From: Glycera tridactyla
Lineage: Eukaryota
Length of the DNA stretch: 64,000 bases
Direction of reading: 5' to 3'
Assembly (NCBI GenBank): GCA_965644265.1
Contig: OZ286460.1
Location: 51,894,001-51,958,000 of the forward strand
The notes under the pieces were generated by a model that worked only from the letters and a program-made list of their open reading frames with translations, was not told the origin of the DNA and did not search any database. Positions 42,543-51,370 of the stretch are shown here, one piece after another. The translations under genes and the position numbers were made by a program. The number at the start of each line of letters is the position of its first letter. Position 1 is the first letter of the stretch.

Positions 42543-42647
42543 CAGTCAAACCTGTAGCCGACTAGTGGCTGCTGAGGGCTCGCAATCTATATAGAAAAAA
42601 CCTCCGACAAGAAATTCGAAAGTGGCGGCTTAGGGCAGGTTAGACTG
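42543..42647. mobile_element. MITE, CAGT...ACTG, TA TSD
   Basis: TA|cagtcaaacctg ... caggttagactg|TA. Confidence 0.75.
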
Positions 42648-43136
42648 TAAATCCTTCATCAATTATGTTTCGGCGTAGATGGAATGTGAACGTCGAATTT
42701 CCATCGTATCGAAGAATGACCTGACCAATGTCTGTGAATTTCATACAATTTCTCCCCTCATTCATCCATCCTCCCCGAAGGCGGAACATTGAGTGATCAT
42801 CCCACACCTAACCATAGCATATGGGTGATTCAGCATGGCCAAGACCATGTACACGATCATATATACAAATGACTCATTGAACATAACATGGAAACTTCAT
42901 GTTGATCACATATTCAGCGTCTTGTGCTTTTGCTAGAGAGGATTGTCGTATTTCAGAGAAGAACGTTGTGTTCGTGGATAAAGGCGAGTGCAGGCTGTAA
43001 TGACCCGACACCACGTAATCTCAGACAATATACGAGATGTAGAACATCAATTCAGAATCCTTGATCCGCATTCCTGCAGATGTCTCATAAATACATTCAC
43101 ATTAACTGTACAGTAAGCGTGTTATTGTTTTAGTTG

Positions 43137-43137
43137 G

Positions 43138-43214
<77 letters not shown>

Positions 43215-43225
43215 GTGATGATGAT
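43137..43225. repeat. Compound (GCT)n(GAT)n microsatellite; (ATT/ATC)n tracts also at 43620-43675 and 43790-43870
   Basis: Read directly; the tracts flank the ENaC TM1 exon on both sides. Confidence 0.95.
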
Positions 43226-43308
43226 CTCGGTGGTGTATGATGATGGACAGTCGTTGTGGCCATCGTAACTATTCATAATAGCTATCCAGACCGTGTTCTT
43301 AATTACAG

Positions 43309-43476
43309 GATAATCTGGGGTGTGCTGGTGCTGGCTTGTATCTGTGTGTTCATGTTCCTGACGGTAACAAACCTCGGCCTGTACTATACCTGGCCTAAAG
43401 CTGTCAATGTGGAGGTCACAGTCAAAGATGAGCTCGTTTTCCCCGCCGTTACCATCTGCAACTACAACCACCACAG
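43309..43476 (+). CDS. Coding exon of the same DEG/ENaC gene (TM1 and post-TM1 FPAVTICN motif)
   Basis: Encodes IIWGVLVLACICVFMFLTVTNLGLYYTWPKAVNVEVTVKDELVFPAVTICNYNHHR: a hydrophobic TM1 followed by the family motif FPAVTICN. Acceptor ttcttaattacAG at 43307-43308; donor GTtagt at 43477 (phase 2). Confidence 0.9.
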
Positions 43477-44682
43477 GTTAGTCGACTCTCGTTTTCACCC
43501 AGTTCTTACTGTCGGGGATAGAAGTGAGTGTATCAACCGCTCACGCCGACGGTGCTTGTACTGATGGTGCTGGTGTTGTGTTGTTGCGGTGGTCGTGCTG
43601 CCGCTGCTGCTGATGATATGATGATTATCCTCCTCATTATTATTATCATAATTATTATTATTATCATTATTATATCGCAGAAATGACATCTTGAGTGTCT
43701 GTGAATTTCATGAATGTTCACCTTCCGTTTGGGACCCAGGAGGACGAGTCTTGGAAGATCCCACCCATGGCCATTGTATGAGCGTCACAATTATCATCTT
43801 TATTACTATCATTATTATCATCATTATCATTATTATTATCATTATTATTATTATCATTGTTGATGATTATTTATAATTGGTGATTGATGATGATAATGAC
43901 GACGCCTTTGTGAATAAATATATGGGTATCCATGTATGTGCATGTGTTTTATTTACCAAACAACGTGCTGGAAATGTACACCTTGGAGGCGACCCACAAT
44001 GTCTGATATTGTTTGAATGTGTGAAAAATGACACTAAATACATAGACCCTAACTGCATCGGACATGACTATCGGTGAGAAGTGACATTTGCCGGCATCTC
44101 GATTTCGCTTCGAGGGGGTATATGATCACAAGCCCCGAGCTGCGCGATCTGTAACAATGGCTGATATATGTGTTTGGGACCTTCCTGCGCTGAAAATATT
44201 TGTGATTAATGCACCATACATTCTTTTACGTAGATCACAGTGACCAACGCCCTGTCTGGTCTTCAGAGCTGGTAATATTAGCGACCATTGACTATGGGAT
44301 GCCACCCATTCTTCATAATGTGTGATAGGGAACGCCATATATCGACTCATGAAAATCATTAATTCGAATTATGGAAAACTATAATTTGATTTATGAAGAT
44401 CACTAATTCTAATAATGTGAAATGAAAACTTGATTCATGGAGATCACTAATTCGAATTATGGAATTATGAAAGACCCTGATATGGATAACAAAGTGAAGT
44501 TTATTATCCTTTACCATCACTGACATTTGTCATCCGTTCATCCATCGCATCAACATTGTCATGAATCATCAATTGCCATTGCTGTTTTGGAACCCATAAT
44601 TAGTATGTATTTTTGTGTTGAATGTTTTTTCGTCGACATGGGAACGCTCTAGTCCAGGGCACATGTATTTAATTATGTATAT

Positions 44683-44686
<4 letters not shown>

Positions 44687-44738
<52 letters not shown>
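44687..44738. repeat. (TA)n microsatellite; further tracts at 51137-51165, 51310-51326, 54586-54648 (then (ACATA)n), 55020-55033
   Basis: Read directly. Confidence 0.95.
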
Positions 44739-44741
<3 letters not shown>

Positions 44742-44750
44742 GACCGGACG

Positions 44751-45269
44751 NNNNNNNNNNNNNNNNNNNNNNNNNNNNNNNNNNNNNNNNNNNNNNNNNN
44801 NNNNNNNNNNNNNNNNNNNNNNNNNNNNNNNNNNNNNNNNNNNNNNNNNNNNNNNNNNNNNNNNNNNNNNNNNNNNNNNNNNNNNNNNNNNNNNNNNNNN
44901 NNNNNNNNNNNNNNNNNNNNNNNNNNNNNNNNNNNNNNNNNNNNNNNNNNNNNNNNNNNNNNNNNNNNNNNNNNNNNNNNNNNNNNNNNNNNNNNNNNNN
45001 NNNNNNNNNNNNNNNNNNNNNNNNNNNNNNNNNNNNNNNNNNNNNNNNNNNNNNNNNNNNNNNNNNNNNNNNNNNNNNNNNNNNNNNNNNNNNNNNNNNN
45101 NNNNNNNNNNNNNNNNNNNNNNNNNNNNNNNNNNNNNNNNNNNNNNNNNNNNNNNNNNNNNNNNNNNNNNNNNNNNNNNNNNNNNNNNNNNNNNNNNNNN
45201 NNNNNNNNNNNNNNNNNNNNNNNNNNNNNNNNNNNNNNNNNNNNNNNNNNNNNNNNNNNNNNNNNNNNN
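44751..45269. other. Assembly gap (N); other gaps at 21552-21799, 27181-27581, 29164-29427, 32451-32820, 61378-61658, 62815-62944
   Basis: Runs of n. Confidence 0.95.
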
Positions 45270-45317
45270 GTCTTATAATATTTTCATTGTCTGACTGCCG
45301 TAGACTTCGGATACGAA

Positions 45318-47519
45318 ATGGATCGTATAGAGCAAGAAAGAGAAGAGAAGAAGAGCACTGTAGCGATGGAAGTGCCGGACGATTCCGAGGAATCGAATGG
45401 TCAGAAATCGAAAACTACATCGGACAACGGTGAGAACGGGACACCCTCAGACGTCACCGGGAACGCCGCCGCCCAAGCAGATGACACAGGCGCTTCAGCT
45501 CAGCGCCCCCTCATCACTCCGAAGACCGTAAGTCATCCTTCTTACGAACTCCTTTATTTGGCAAATGGACTAATCGACGTCCTAGTGCCACTTAACCCTG
45601 ACGAATATTTCGCACGGCGATCAACTTTCGCATCGGAATCACATTCAGCTCAAAAAGTGACAACGCGTCGTGACGCGCGTCACAAGAGCACTGTATACAC
45701 CTATAGCACTGGGGCCCGCCCCGCTGCCACGGGACACACTCGACCACATGTAAACAATGCTCGCTCACCGAGCAAACATTCACATGGTGTCAGGGCTACG
45801 CCCCACAAAAATTCGCAGAATTATCCGGATCCGCCGGACATCACGAGTACTACCGAGTTCCCTGCAGTGGACACACTCGCGGTCCCACCGAGAGAATCAC
45901 AGGCACCTGTGATAGCCTTTGCGGACAAAGTCAAAACTCCGGCGCGTAAAACGGTGGCCGCGGTCAGAAAGGCTGGTAGCCAGGGTGCTGTCAAAGGCGC
46001 CCTTAGCATCAGCCGTTTCTTTACACGCGCAGACACCGGTACCCCAATGACAGCTAAAGGGACAATTGCTTCTAACCAATCAATCAATCCCACCAAGCGC
46101 TCACAACACTCAGATGTGGGACTTTGTAATGTCAAGTCAGTCAAAACACTCACTCCAGAGAATTTGAATGATAACGTCACCTGTACCCACTCATGCCCAT
46201 CTGTATCAGTGGATACTCTTGATGTCATTAATCTGAGAAATTTAAATGAACTGGACACCAACCCACAACAGTATTCAAAGAGAAAGAGAAACCAGAGTGA
46301 CCCTAAGTCACTCCGGACATCTGACTCGGGTAGCTCCAGCAACTCATCGGAATCAAATCTTTCCAGAAAGAACAAGAAACGCAGCAAAATTTCTGATGAC
46401 AAAACTTCTGATAATCCCAACTCAGGCAATCAATCCAAGCACCCCCAGTGCACAGTTGATCTGCCAGTTAGTTCGGATGATGGGAAGAGACGGCTGAACG
46501 CACCGCCATCGGTTGGCACAACTCACCCCTCTCTCCCCATCAGCTGCAATGTTTGTAGAAAAAAGAACAAGGGACCGTCCCCTGAATGTGAAACTTGTTC
46601 TTTGTTGCAGACACTGGCGAAGGAAATCGACATTCCCGAAAAGGCGGCCCCATCATACAGAAGGGCCAAGTGGTATATGATGACGGAGGGGAAGCTGCAG
46701 ACGCGTGCAATTTTCCTGCGAAATCTGGCCAGCAGAGGAATTGTCCCGAGATTTGCCCTTGGAATGCGCCCAGCTCCAGCATTTATACCTAACAATAAGG
46801 AGTTTGCTGGAAAATATCTCAGCCACCTACTCAAGCAAGGGGAAGACACTCTCCGCTTCTTGGCAGGCCAGATGGATGAGATGGCTACAGAGTGTGGCGA
46901 CGATGCAGAGGGCCACCTCAAGTCAATACAGCATTTCTACAAGTCTGACCAGGAGGGCTTCGATGCATGCAAGGAGCTCTTGGCGGCTACCTGCGCTAGG
47001 GACCGCATCAACACAAGGAAAAACCTTAAGCGTAGTGAAACCAAAGACCAATACAGAATGGTTGAATCCCAGGATGTGATTGACTATCTTTTGGACCCAT
47101 CTGGAGACAAATATGTCCCAGATCCTGAGAGTTTCAAAGACCCCCTGGAATACCATGAGCCGGCAAAGAAATTGAAAGTCAAGGCAACTGAGACCGCCCC
47201 GCGTCGTACATCGCCGCGGAAAACTACACCACGTGAGGAAAATGACCGCCCCGCCAAATCCCCACGTGATGATACCGGCCATAGTTCGCCTCTGGATCAA
47301 GTTCGCCGGGAGGAGGATTTTCAAAATGGCGGCCGACCACGGGACACCAGGCCAACGTCGAGCCGTCAACCCCCCACAGAGAAGCGCCGATCACCACGAA
47401 AACAGCGCCAGGGGAGCCCGATGAAGCCGCGCGGTCGCAACAACCGTCGCGACGAATTCAACCCAATGGATTTCATGATGCAGATGTCGCGCATGATGCA
47501 GGCATTCAACAAGCAGTGA
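45318..47519 (+). CDS. PLE ORF1, 733 aa: low-complexity N-terminus, CxxC..CxxC motif, helical domain, basic/Arg-Pro-rich C-terminus
   Basis: Uninterrupted 733-codon ORF starting at ATG. Contains CNVCRKKNKGPSPECETC. The segment RAIFLRNLASRGIVPRFALGMRP resembles the 'FL..C....IIP.GL' motif I recall from PLE N-terminal domains (recognition by eye). Its stop overlaps the ORF2 GTG (GTGA). Confidence 0.75.
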   Translation: MDRIEQEREEKKSTVAMEVPDDSEESNGQKSKTTSDNGENGTPSDVTGNAAAQADDTGASAQRPLITPKTVSHPSYELLYLANGLIDVLVPLNPDEYFARRSTFASESHSAQKVTTRRDARHKSTVYTYSTGARPAATGHTRPHVNNARSPSKHSHGVRATPHKNSQNYPDPPDITSTTEFPAVDTLAVPPRESQAPVIAFADKVKTPARKTVAAVRKAGSQGAVKGALSISRFFTRADTGTPMTAKGTIASNQSINPTKRSQHSDVGLCNVKSVKTLTPENLNDNVTCTHSCPSVSVDTLDVINLRNLNELDTNPQQYSKRKRNQSDPKSLRTSDSGSSSNSSESNLSRKNKKRSKISDDKTSDNPNSGNQSKHPQCTVDLPVSSDDGKRRLNAPPSVGTTHPSLPISCNVCRKKNKGPSPECETCSLLQTLAKEIDIPEKAAPSYRRAKWYMMTEGKLQTRAIFLRNLASRGIVPRFALGMRPAPAFIPNNKEFAGKYLSHLLKQGEDTLRFLAGQMDEMATECGDDAEGHLKSIQHFYKSDQEGFDACKELLAATCARDRINTRKNLKRSETKDQYRMVESQDVIDYLLDPSGDKYVPDPESFKDPLEYHEPAKKLKVKATETAPRRTSPRKTTPREENDRPAKSPRDDTGHSSPLDQVRREEDFQNGGRPRDTRPTSSRQPPTEKRRSPRKQRQGSPMKPRGRNNRRDEFNPMDFMMQMSRMMQAFNKQ

Positions 47520-50260
47520 GTACCTCGTCTCACGACAACCAACACAGGGTATGTGTATCATCGTACACACACACTCCTGCACCTGACAATGAACTGAATG
47601 TCACACCTGACCACTCATCTCGGCCAGCATGTGACACGCCCATTGTTCACCAGCATATGATTGACTGTTTATCTAAAAGCCAGTCCACTGCAAATTTTGA
47701 TAGACTGATCCCAACTATCTCTCAACATGATTTTCAGGATATTTGGAACCAGAATACCAACAACAACATCCATCACTCTGGATCCCAGAATAAATCTGAA
47801 ATAGAAAAACAGGTCAAATCTTTGTTTTCCTTTTCAGAGGATGTTGCTCCCAGTGTTGTGAATTTATCTACATACACACTCACACCAGCTCAGCATACAC
47901 TTCTCACGAAGGGGCTGAACTTCTGTCCAACACCAGGTGAACCTGACATGCTTGAACTCAGGAAGGACTTGGATAAATTCCACCGACTTCTGAGACTCAG
48001 AGCATTCTTTGATAGAGAAAAAATCAAAAAGGCTGATATAGAATCTGCACGCGCTGCATTCCTTGATTTTGAATATCAGACCTCACCTAAAGTTGGACAG
48101 GGGGTCAACGACCTGAACACGCCGTCGTCGACACCGAACACACACGCTGCATCACAACCAGAGATGGCCCCCAGAAACATAGGCTATGAATCACGAAGAT
48201 TCATGAGGCCTTCCACCTGGGAACCACCCACTAACCCTCCAGTTGCCCTTGAAGCATTCCAGATGGCAAACGAGTTAGAATTGAGTCTCCTCAAAACACA
48301 CTCCCCCGCCACCCAGAATCTTAACAAGGAAGAAAAACAGGCTATTGAGGACTTGGCGAATAACTCAGATATCGTCATCAAGCCGGCAGACAAGGGGTCT
48401 TCTGTAGTCATCATGAATCATGAGGATTACACCAAGGAGGGCCTCTGTCAGCTGGCAGATGAGAATTTCTACCGCCCGGTCGACAAATGCCTGACAGATT
48501 TTCACAACGGTATCATCAAAGAGAAAATTGACAACATGGTCAAGCACGGTGAAATTTCAGCCAAAACAGCTGAATATCTCCATATCTCTGAACCGAGAAC
48601 CCCCCAGCTGTATTTATTGCCAAAGATACATAAGGGGAAAATCCCACCCCCAGGCCGTCCGATTATATCAGCGAATGAATGCCCGACTGAGAGAATCTCT
48701 GAGTTTGTGGACCATTTCATTCAACCATATATTCCGAGAATACGATCCTGGGTTAAGGATTCGGGGCATTGCATCGAAATACTATCAAAATTACCAAAGC
48801 TGCCAGAGGGAAGCTTCTTGGCAACTTTGGATGTCACCAGTCTTTACACCAATATACCCCACTCTGAGGGCATATCAAGCGTGAGGAAATTTTTGACAGA
48901 ACACCGTGACCAATCCGCAATACCAACCACGGAATCACTTATGGATCTTTTGAAATTCATACTTGAATTCAATAACTTCCAATTTGATGGGAATAATTAT
49001 TTGCAGATTGGGGGAACTGCCATGGGCACTCGGGTAGCACCCAGTCTAGCTAATGTGTTCATGGCCGATTTCGAAACCACTCATATATACACCCATGACC
49101 CGGCCCCAGATTTCTTCATCAGGTATCTGGACGACTGTCTATTGGTATGGAGCCATGGGAAAGACAAATTTGATGAATTTGTGAATGACCTCAACAAATG
49201 TCACAAATCCATCAAATTCACATCAGAGGTCTCGCAGGAAAGTGTCCCGTTCCTTGACATCACTGTACATTTACAGGATGGCATGATCTGGACAGACTTA
49301 TACTGCAAACCCACTGATAGTCATAACTACTTACACTTCAATTCTGCACATCCGGAACACAACAAAAGCAGTGTCCCCTTCAGCCAATACCTACGCTTGA
49401 AGCGGATCTGCAGCAGAATTGAAGATTTCATAACACACAGCAGAATGATAACCTTTCATTTTGTCAGACGTGGATACCCGAAAGAACTGCTGCGTGAAGC
49501 CTACCGCAAGGTAGCATCTTTAAGCAGGGAGGAACTACTCAGAACAACCACGAAAGAGAGGCCGAAAGATGAGACCGTCTTTCTGACCACCACATACAAC
49601 CCAGGCTTCGGAGCTATGCGAGACATAGTTGCGAAAAACTGGGGAATCCTGAGTCGTTCCAGTACAACTAAAGGACTGAGTGAAATGAGAGTCATTCACG
49701 GCTATAGACGCCCGAAAAATCTCCGTAACCACCTAGTCCGTGCGAAGCTACCCACCCAGAAACCTGTCAGGAATGGGGGCAAACTTAACTGTGAATCTAG
49801 GAATATCTGCAAAACAAAAAATTGCAGATATTGCAAGATTCTAGACACCTCTGGCAAGATCAAGAGCACATACACTGGTCGCATGTACTGCTCAAGGAAA
49901 AATGTGACATGCAAGAGCACTAATTTAATTTATTGCATTACTTGCAAGTCATGCCAGAAACAATACGTGGGTCAAACAAAATTGCGTTGCATGGATAGAA
50001 TTCAAGCACACCTGAATACCATCCAATCCAAAGACCCCAAACAACAAACAGACATCAGCAGACACTTCAAACTCCCCAACCACAAGGGCAGGGAGGATGT
50101 AAAAGTGCACATTTTGGACTTCATTTACGCATTCCCGGACACAAAAATTGCCGCCACATTACGTGATGACACAGAATTTATGTGGATTCACCGACTGCGA
50201 ACCCAACTCCCCATGGGCATAAATACCATGGACAAACCAAGGGTACCATTCCGGGTATGA
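47516..50260 (+). CDS. PLE ORF2: reverse transcriptase + Cys-rich linker + C-terminal GIY-YIG endonuclease
   Basis: PLE motifs in the expected order: VVNLS..KGLNFCP, KPADKG, LYLLPKIHK..GRPIIS, LDVTSLYTNIP, YLQIGGTAMGTRVAP, RYLDD, FLD, YLHFNSAHP, linker CKTKNCRYC, NLIYCITCKSCQKQYVGQT, WIHRLRTQLPMGIN. No stops. First in-frame ATG is at 47657. Confidence 0.95.
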   Translation: MSTSSHDNQHRVCVSSYTHTPAPDNELNVTPDHSSRPACDTPIVHQHMIDCLSKSQSTANFDRLIPTISQHDFQDIWNQNTNNNIHHSGSQNKSEIEKQVKSLFSFSEDVAPSVVNLSTYTLTPAQHTLLTKGLNFCPTPGEPDMLELRKDLDKFHRLLRLRAFFDREKIKKADIESARAAFLDFEYQTSPKVGQGVNDLNTPSSTPNTHAASQPEMAPRNIGYESRRFMRPSTWEPPTNPPVALEAFQMANELELSLLKTHSPATQNLNKEEKQAIEDLANNSDIVIKPADKGSSVVIMNHEDYTKEGLCQLADENFYRPVDKCLTDFHNGIIKEKIDNMVKHGEISAKTAEYLHISEPRTPQLYLLPKIHKGKIPPPGRPIISANECPTERISEFVDHFIQPYIPRIRSWVKDSGHCIEILSKLPKLPEGSFLATLDVTSLYTNIPHSEGISSVRKFLTEHRDQSAIPTTESLMDLLKFILEFNNFQFDGNNYLQIGGTAMGTRVAPSLANVFMADFETTHIYTHDPAPDFFIRYLDDCLLVWSHGKDKFDEFVNDLNKCHKSIKFTSEVSQESVPFLDITVHLQDGMIWTDLYCKPTDSHNYLHFNSAHPEHNKSSVPFSQYLRLKRICSRIEDFITHSRMITFHFVRRGYPKELLREAYRKVASLSREELLRTTTKERPKDETVFLTTTYNPGFGAMRDIVAKNWGILSRSSTTKGLSEMRVIHGYRRPKNLRNHLVRAKLPTQKPVRNGGKLNCESRNICKTKNCRYCKILDTSGKIKSTYTGRMYCSRKNVTCKSTNLIYCITCKSCQKQYVGQTKLRCMDRIQAHLNTIQSKDPKQQTDISRHFKLPNHKGREDVKVHILDFIYAFPDTKIAATLRDDTEFMWIHRLRTQLPMGINTMDKPRVPFRV

Positions 50261-50851
50261 ACCCAACACAGATGCCTGTAAGGATATTTGCATGGGCCCC
50301 CATGACCAATCTGGGATCATTTGTGACCAACAAACCCCACTTTGTTCACGCTTTGAGCAAGCAATGGGAGCACACACACAGTGGCCAAACCACCTGTACA
50401 CTAGCCTCGTCAGTTTTATTCATTTATTCACTGTACGGATGCACTAACCACTGTGTGGGCGAAAAAGTTGATGTCATATGATAAATACAACATATGACAC
50501 CCTCTTCTCCATATCGGATCAACCCTCCATTCGGGCAATGGGACCAAAAGACCACCCTGTCAACGTCGGGGCTCCAGCAAACACAGTCATTTGGCAACAA
50601 ATAACTGAATTTGCTATTCATGAGGTAGTTCCCAAATACCAACTCATCTAGTTGGCAATAACTGGAACTAATGATATAAATCTGATATCATGGCAGAATA
50701 TTCACCACAAGGGATCATCAATCACCCGCAGTGAACCAGGCCAGGGATTACTTTCACAAATTATTTGTGAGAGGACCCCCTAACCCTGAGACCCCTTAAC
50801 TGGATTAAAGGTCATTTTTCCACTGGAACCAAATTTGATTTATTTTTTGGA

Positions 50852-51109
50852 GCCACTGACACCTGATGAGCCATAGAAATGGCGAAACTACGAATTTCTG
50901 GTATTTTATTCCCCCATAAATAAAATCCCAGCTGGTTGGGAACCAAGTAAACAAATCCCCATGACACATTCATAACATGATTGTGCCAGGGGTCACTCGG
51001 TTCCCAAACAATGCTCACTCTGTGACGTCACAATCACTCGTGACGTCACGTTACCGCGGCAACGCCCGCTGCCCGAGCGATCCAAATCGTCATTCGTAGT
51101 CGTGTCGGC
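50852..51109 (+). ncRNA. Type I hammerhead ribozyme with a 196-nt insertion in stem III; predicted cleavage after GUC at 51101
   Basis: Core CTGATGA at 50863-50869. Stem II GCCAT/ATGGC (50870-50874/50879-50883) with loop AGAA. GAAA at 50884-50887. Stem III ACTACGAAT (50887-50895) pairs perfectly with ATTCGTAGT (51092-51100), followed by C17 at 51101. Stem I GACAC (50858-50862) pairs with GTGTC (51102-51106) and extends by GCC/GGC after a 3-nt bulge, or by CT/GG with one wobble. Confidence 0.85.
51022..51063 (+). promoter_or_regulatory. Two CRE/ATF palindromes plus an RFX X-box-like motif (candidate pLTR promoter)
   Basis: GTGACGTCAC at 51022-51031 and 51040-51049, each containing TGACGTCA. 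GTTACCGCGGCAAC at 51050-51063 fits GTNRCC-N2-RGYAAC. Function is inferred from the motifs only. Confidence 0.45.
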
Positions 51110-51136
51110 ACACAAGTCGGACGTTTCACCACGTCT

Positions 51137-51167
<31 letters not shown>

Positions 51168-51168
<1 letters not shown>

Positions 51169-51310
51169 ATTTTACACACCTAGAAAGGTCTCTTACTACC
51201 AAAAATTGGCTCTTACTTCATGTATGTTCTTACTACATTTTGCTGCATTTCTGTTGGGCTATATCGAGCCGCTTTTTGGTAGTAAGAGACCTTTTTAGGT
51301 GTGTAAAATA
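51168..51310. mobile_element. 143-bp fold-back (MITE-like) unit made of LTR-end sequence, flanked by (TA)n
   Basis: 51168-51273 is a near-identical direct copy of 54051-54156. 51274-51310 is the reverse complement of the first 37 bp (one mismatch against the left arm, none against 54051-54087). TA repeats on both sides. Confidence 0.8.
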
Positions 51311-51370
51311 TATATATATATATATAAAGTGAGACGTGGCAATGACGTCCACTCCCTTATATATACATAA

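Larger units (their letters stand above)
44739..51142 (+). mobile_element. Penelope-like retroelement (endonuclease-positive, Neptune-like architecture), apparently full length, inserted in (TA)n
   Basis: Two long intact ORFs and a 3' hammerhead. (TA)n tracts lie on both sides (44687-44738, 51137-51165). The 3'-terminal 12-mer gtcttataatat (51133-51144) recurs at 45270-45281, right after the N gap, consistent with a pLTR-type terminal duplication. The 5' boundary is partly hidden by the gap at 44751-45269. Confidence 0.9.

Noticed and set aside
43130-43876. Poly-Ile/Ser ORFs (43130-43474, 43533-43721, 43691-43876) and the RE-repeat ORF at 63103-63348
   Set aside because: Translations of microsatellites.
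47516-47837. Intron using the strongest acceptor to fuse ORF1 and ORF2
   Set aside because: The phase-2 donor with this acceptor gives a frameshift and early stop; kept only as a possible non-productive isoform.
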